This document shows positions 63,511-64,000 of a DNA stretch of 64,000 nt, one piece after another. Origin of the DNA: Adineta vaga (Eukaryota > Animalia > Rotifera); the NCBI GenBank assembly GCA_021613535.1, contig CP075493.1:1426001-1490000 (forward strand), given 5' to 3'. Each line of letters begins with the position of its first letter. Position 1 is the stretch's first letter. The notes below the pieces were generated by a model. The model was given only the letters and a program-made list of their open reading frames with translations, did not search any database and was not told the origin of the DNA. Both the position numbers and the translations under genes were made by a program.

Positions 63511-64000
63511 ACGGCAATTAAAGCATTCTTCAATAATCATGAATAATTTCAAGTTTTCATTCCACATTTTCCTTCCTTTTCTATCAATGAAACCAATTGT
63601 CGGTGAATAGATGGCAGCTATTGTTAGTTGTCGTTCTACATATAGCATTTACACAACTTATGATTATCTGTCGCTTTTATCAGTTGTAATCGGCATTTTT
63701 TTCTTTGTTCTAACTCCATGATTCTGACCCGACGATTGATATATAGTTATAATCTGGTAAACAACTAAAACTATGTCTATGTTGTATGATTATCTCGTTT
63801 TTAAATTCATTAAGATATAATTATTGATCATCATGCAATTCGTTCGATTTTCTGATCGTGAAAATAAAATTAGTCGATTGGCGTTATCGCCCGATAATAC
63901 CATTAATTGTCGATATTTTGAAAAAGCATTTCCCGGTGCTTTGAGTATACGATATAAAATCGATAACTCTCATGAATATATGAGGTGTGTAAAATAAATA

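Noticed and set aside
1-64000. CRISPR arrays, tRNA/rRNA genes, SL RNA gene, intact transposase or reverse transcriptase
   Set aside because: None seen by eye; the window is eukaryotic with no regularly spaced repeat-spacer structure or recognisable TE ORF.

Overview
AT-rich, intron-dense eukaryotic (animal) DNA with ~50-70 nt GT-AG introns. Composition, intronless F-box/ankyrin paralogs, an NHL-repeat relic, a Cys-rich two-TM repeat family, a microbial-type hydrolase and TGWGGG hexamer tracts suggest a bdelloid rotifer; this is inference, not proven. Gene order: TBC1D24-like (cut at window edge), Piezo (~11 kb, multi-exon), RPS19, two tandem F-box/ankyrin genes, cytochrome b5 reductase plus a split pseudogene copy, AFAP1-like dual-PH gene, AP-1 sigma, PHB-depolymerase-like hydrolase (frameshifted), SLC44/CTL transporter, PARL, SLC16/MCT, WIP/verprolin, TIMM10, a three-exon gene encoding three tandem 2-TM Cys-rich modules, two tandem FoxA genes and an F-box/ankyrin pseudogene. 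Main findings: (1) a single-chain 'trimer' of 2-TM Cys-rich modules with near-identical flanks and divergent ectodomain cores; (2) a frame-enforced mutually exclusive exon pair in Piezo just before the beam, plus microexons and an N-terminal extension exon; (3) telomere-type hexamer hairpins and a ~140-bp direct repeat bracketing the triplicated gene; (4) alternative last exons in AP-1 sigma with clustered Rbfox motifs; (5) a secreted PHB-depolymerase-like gene. All splice models were derived by hand from the sequence and need RNA-seq.
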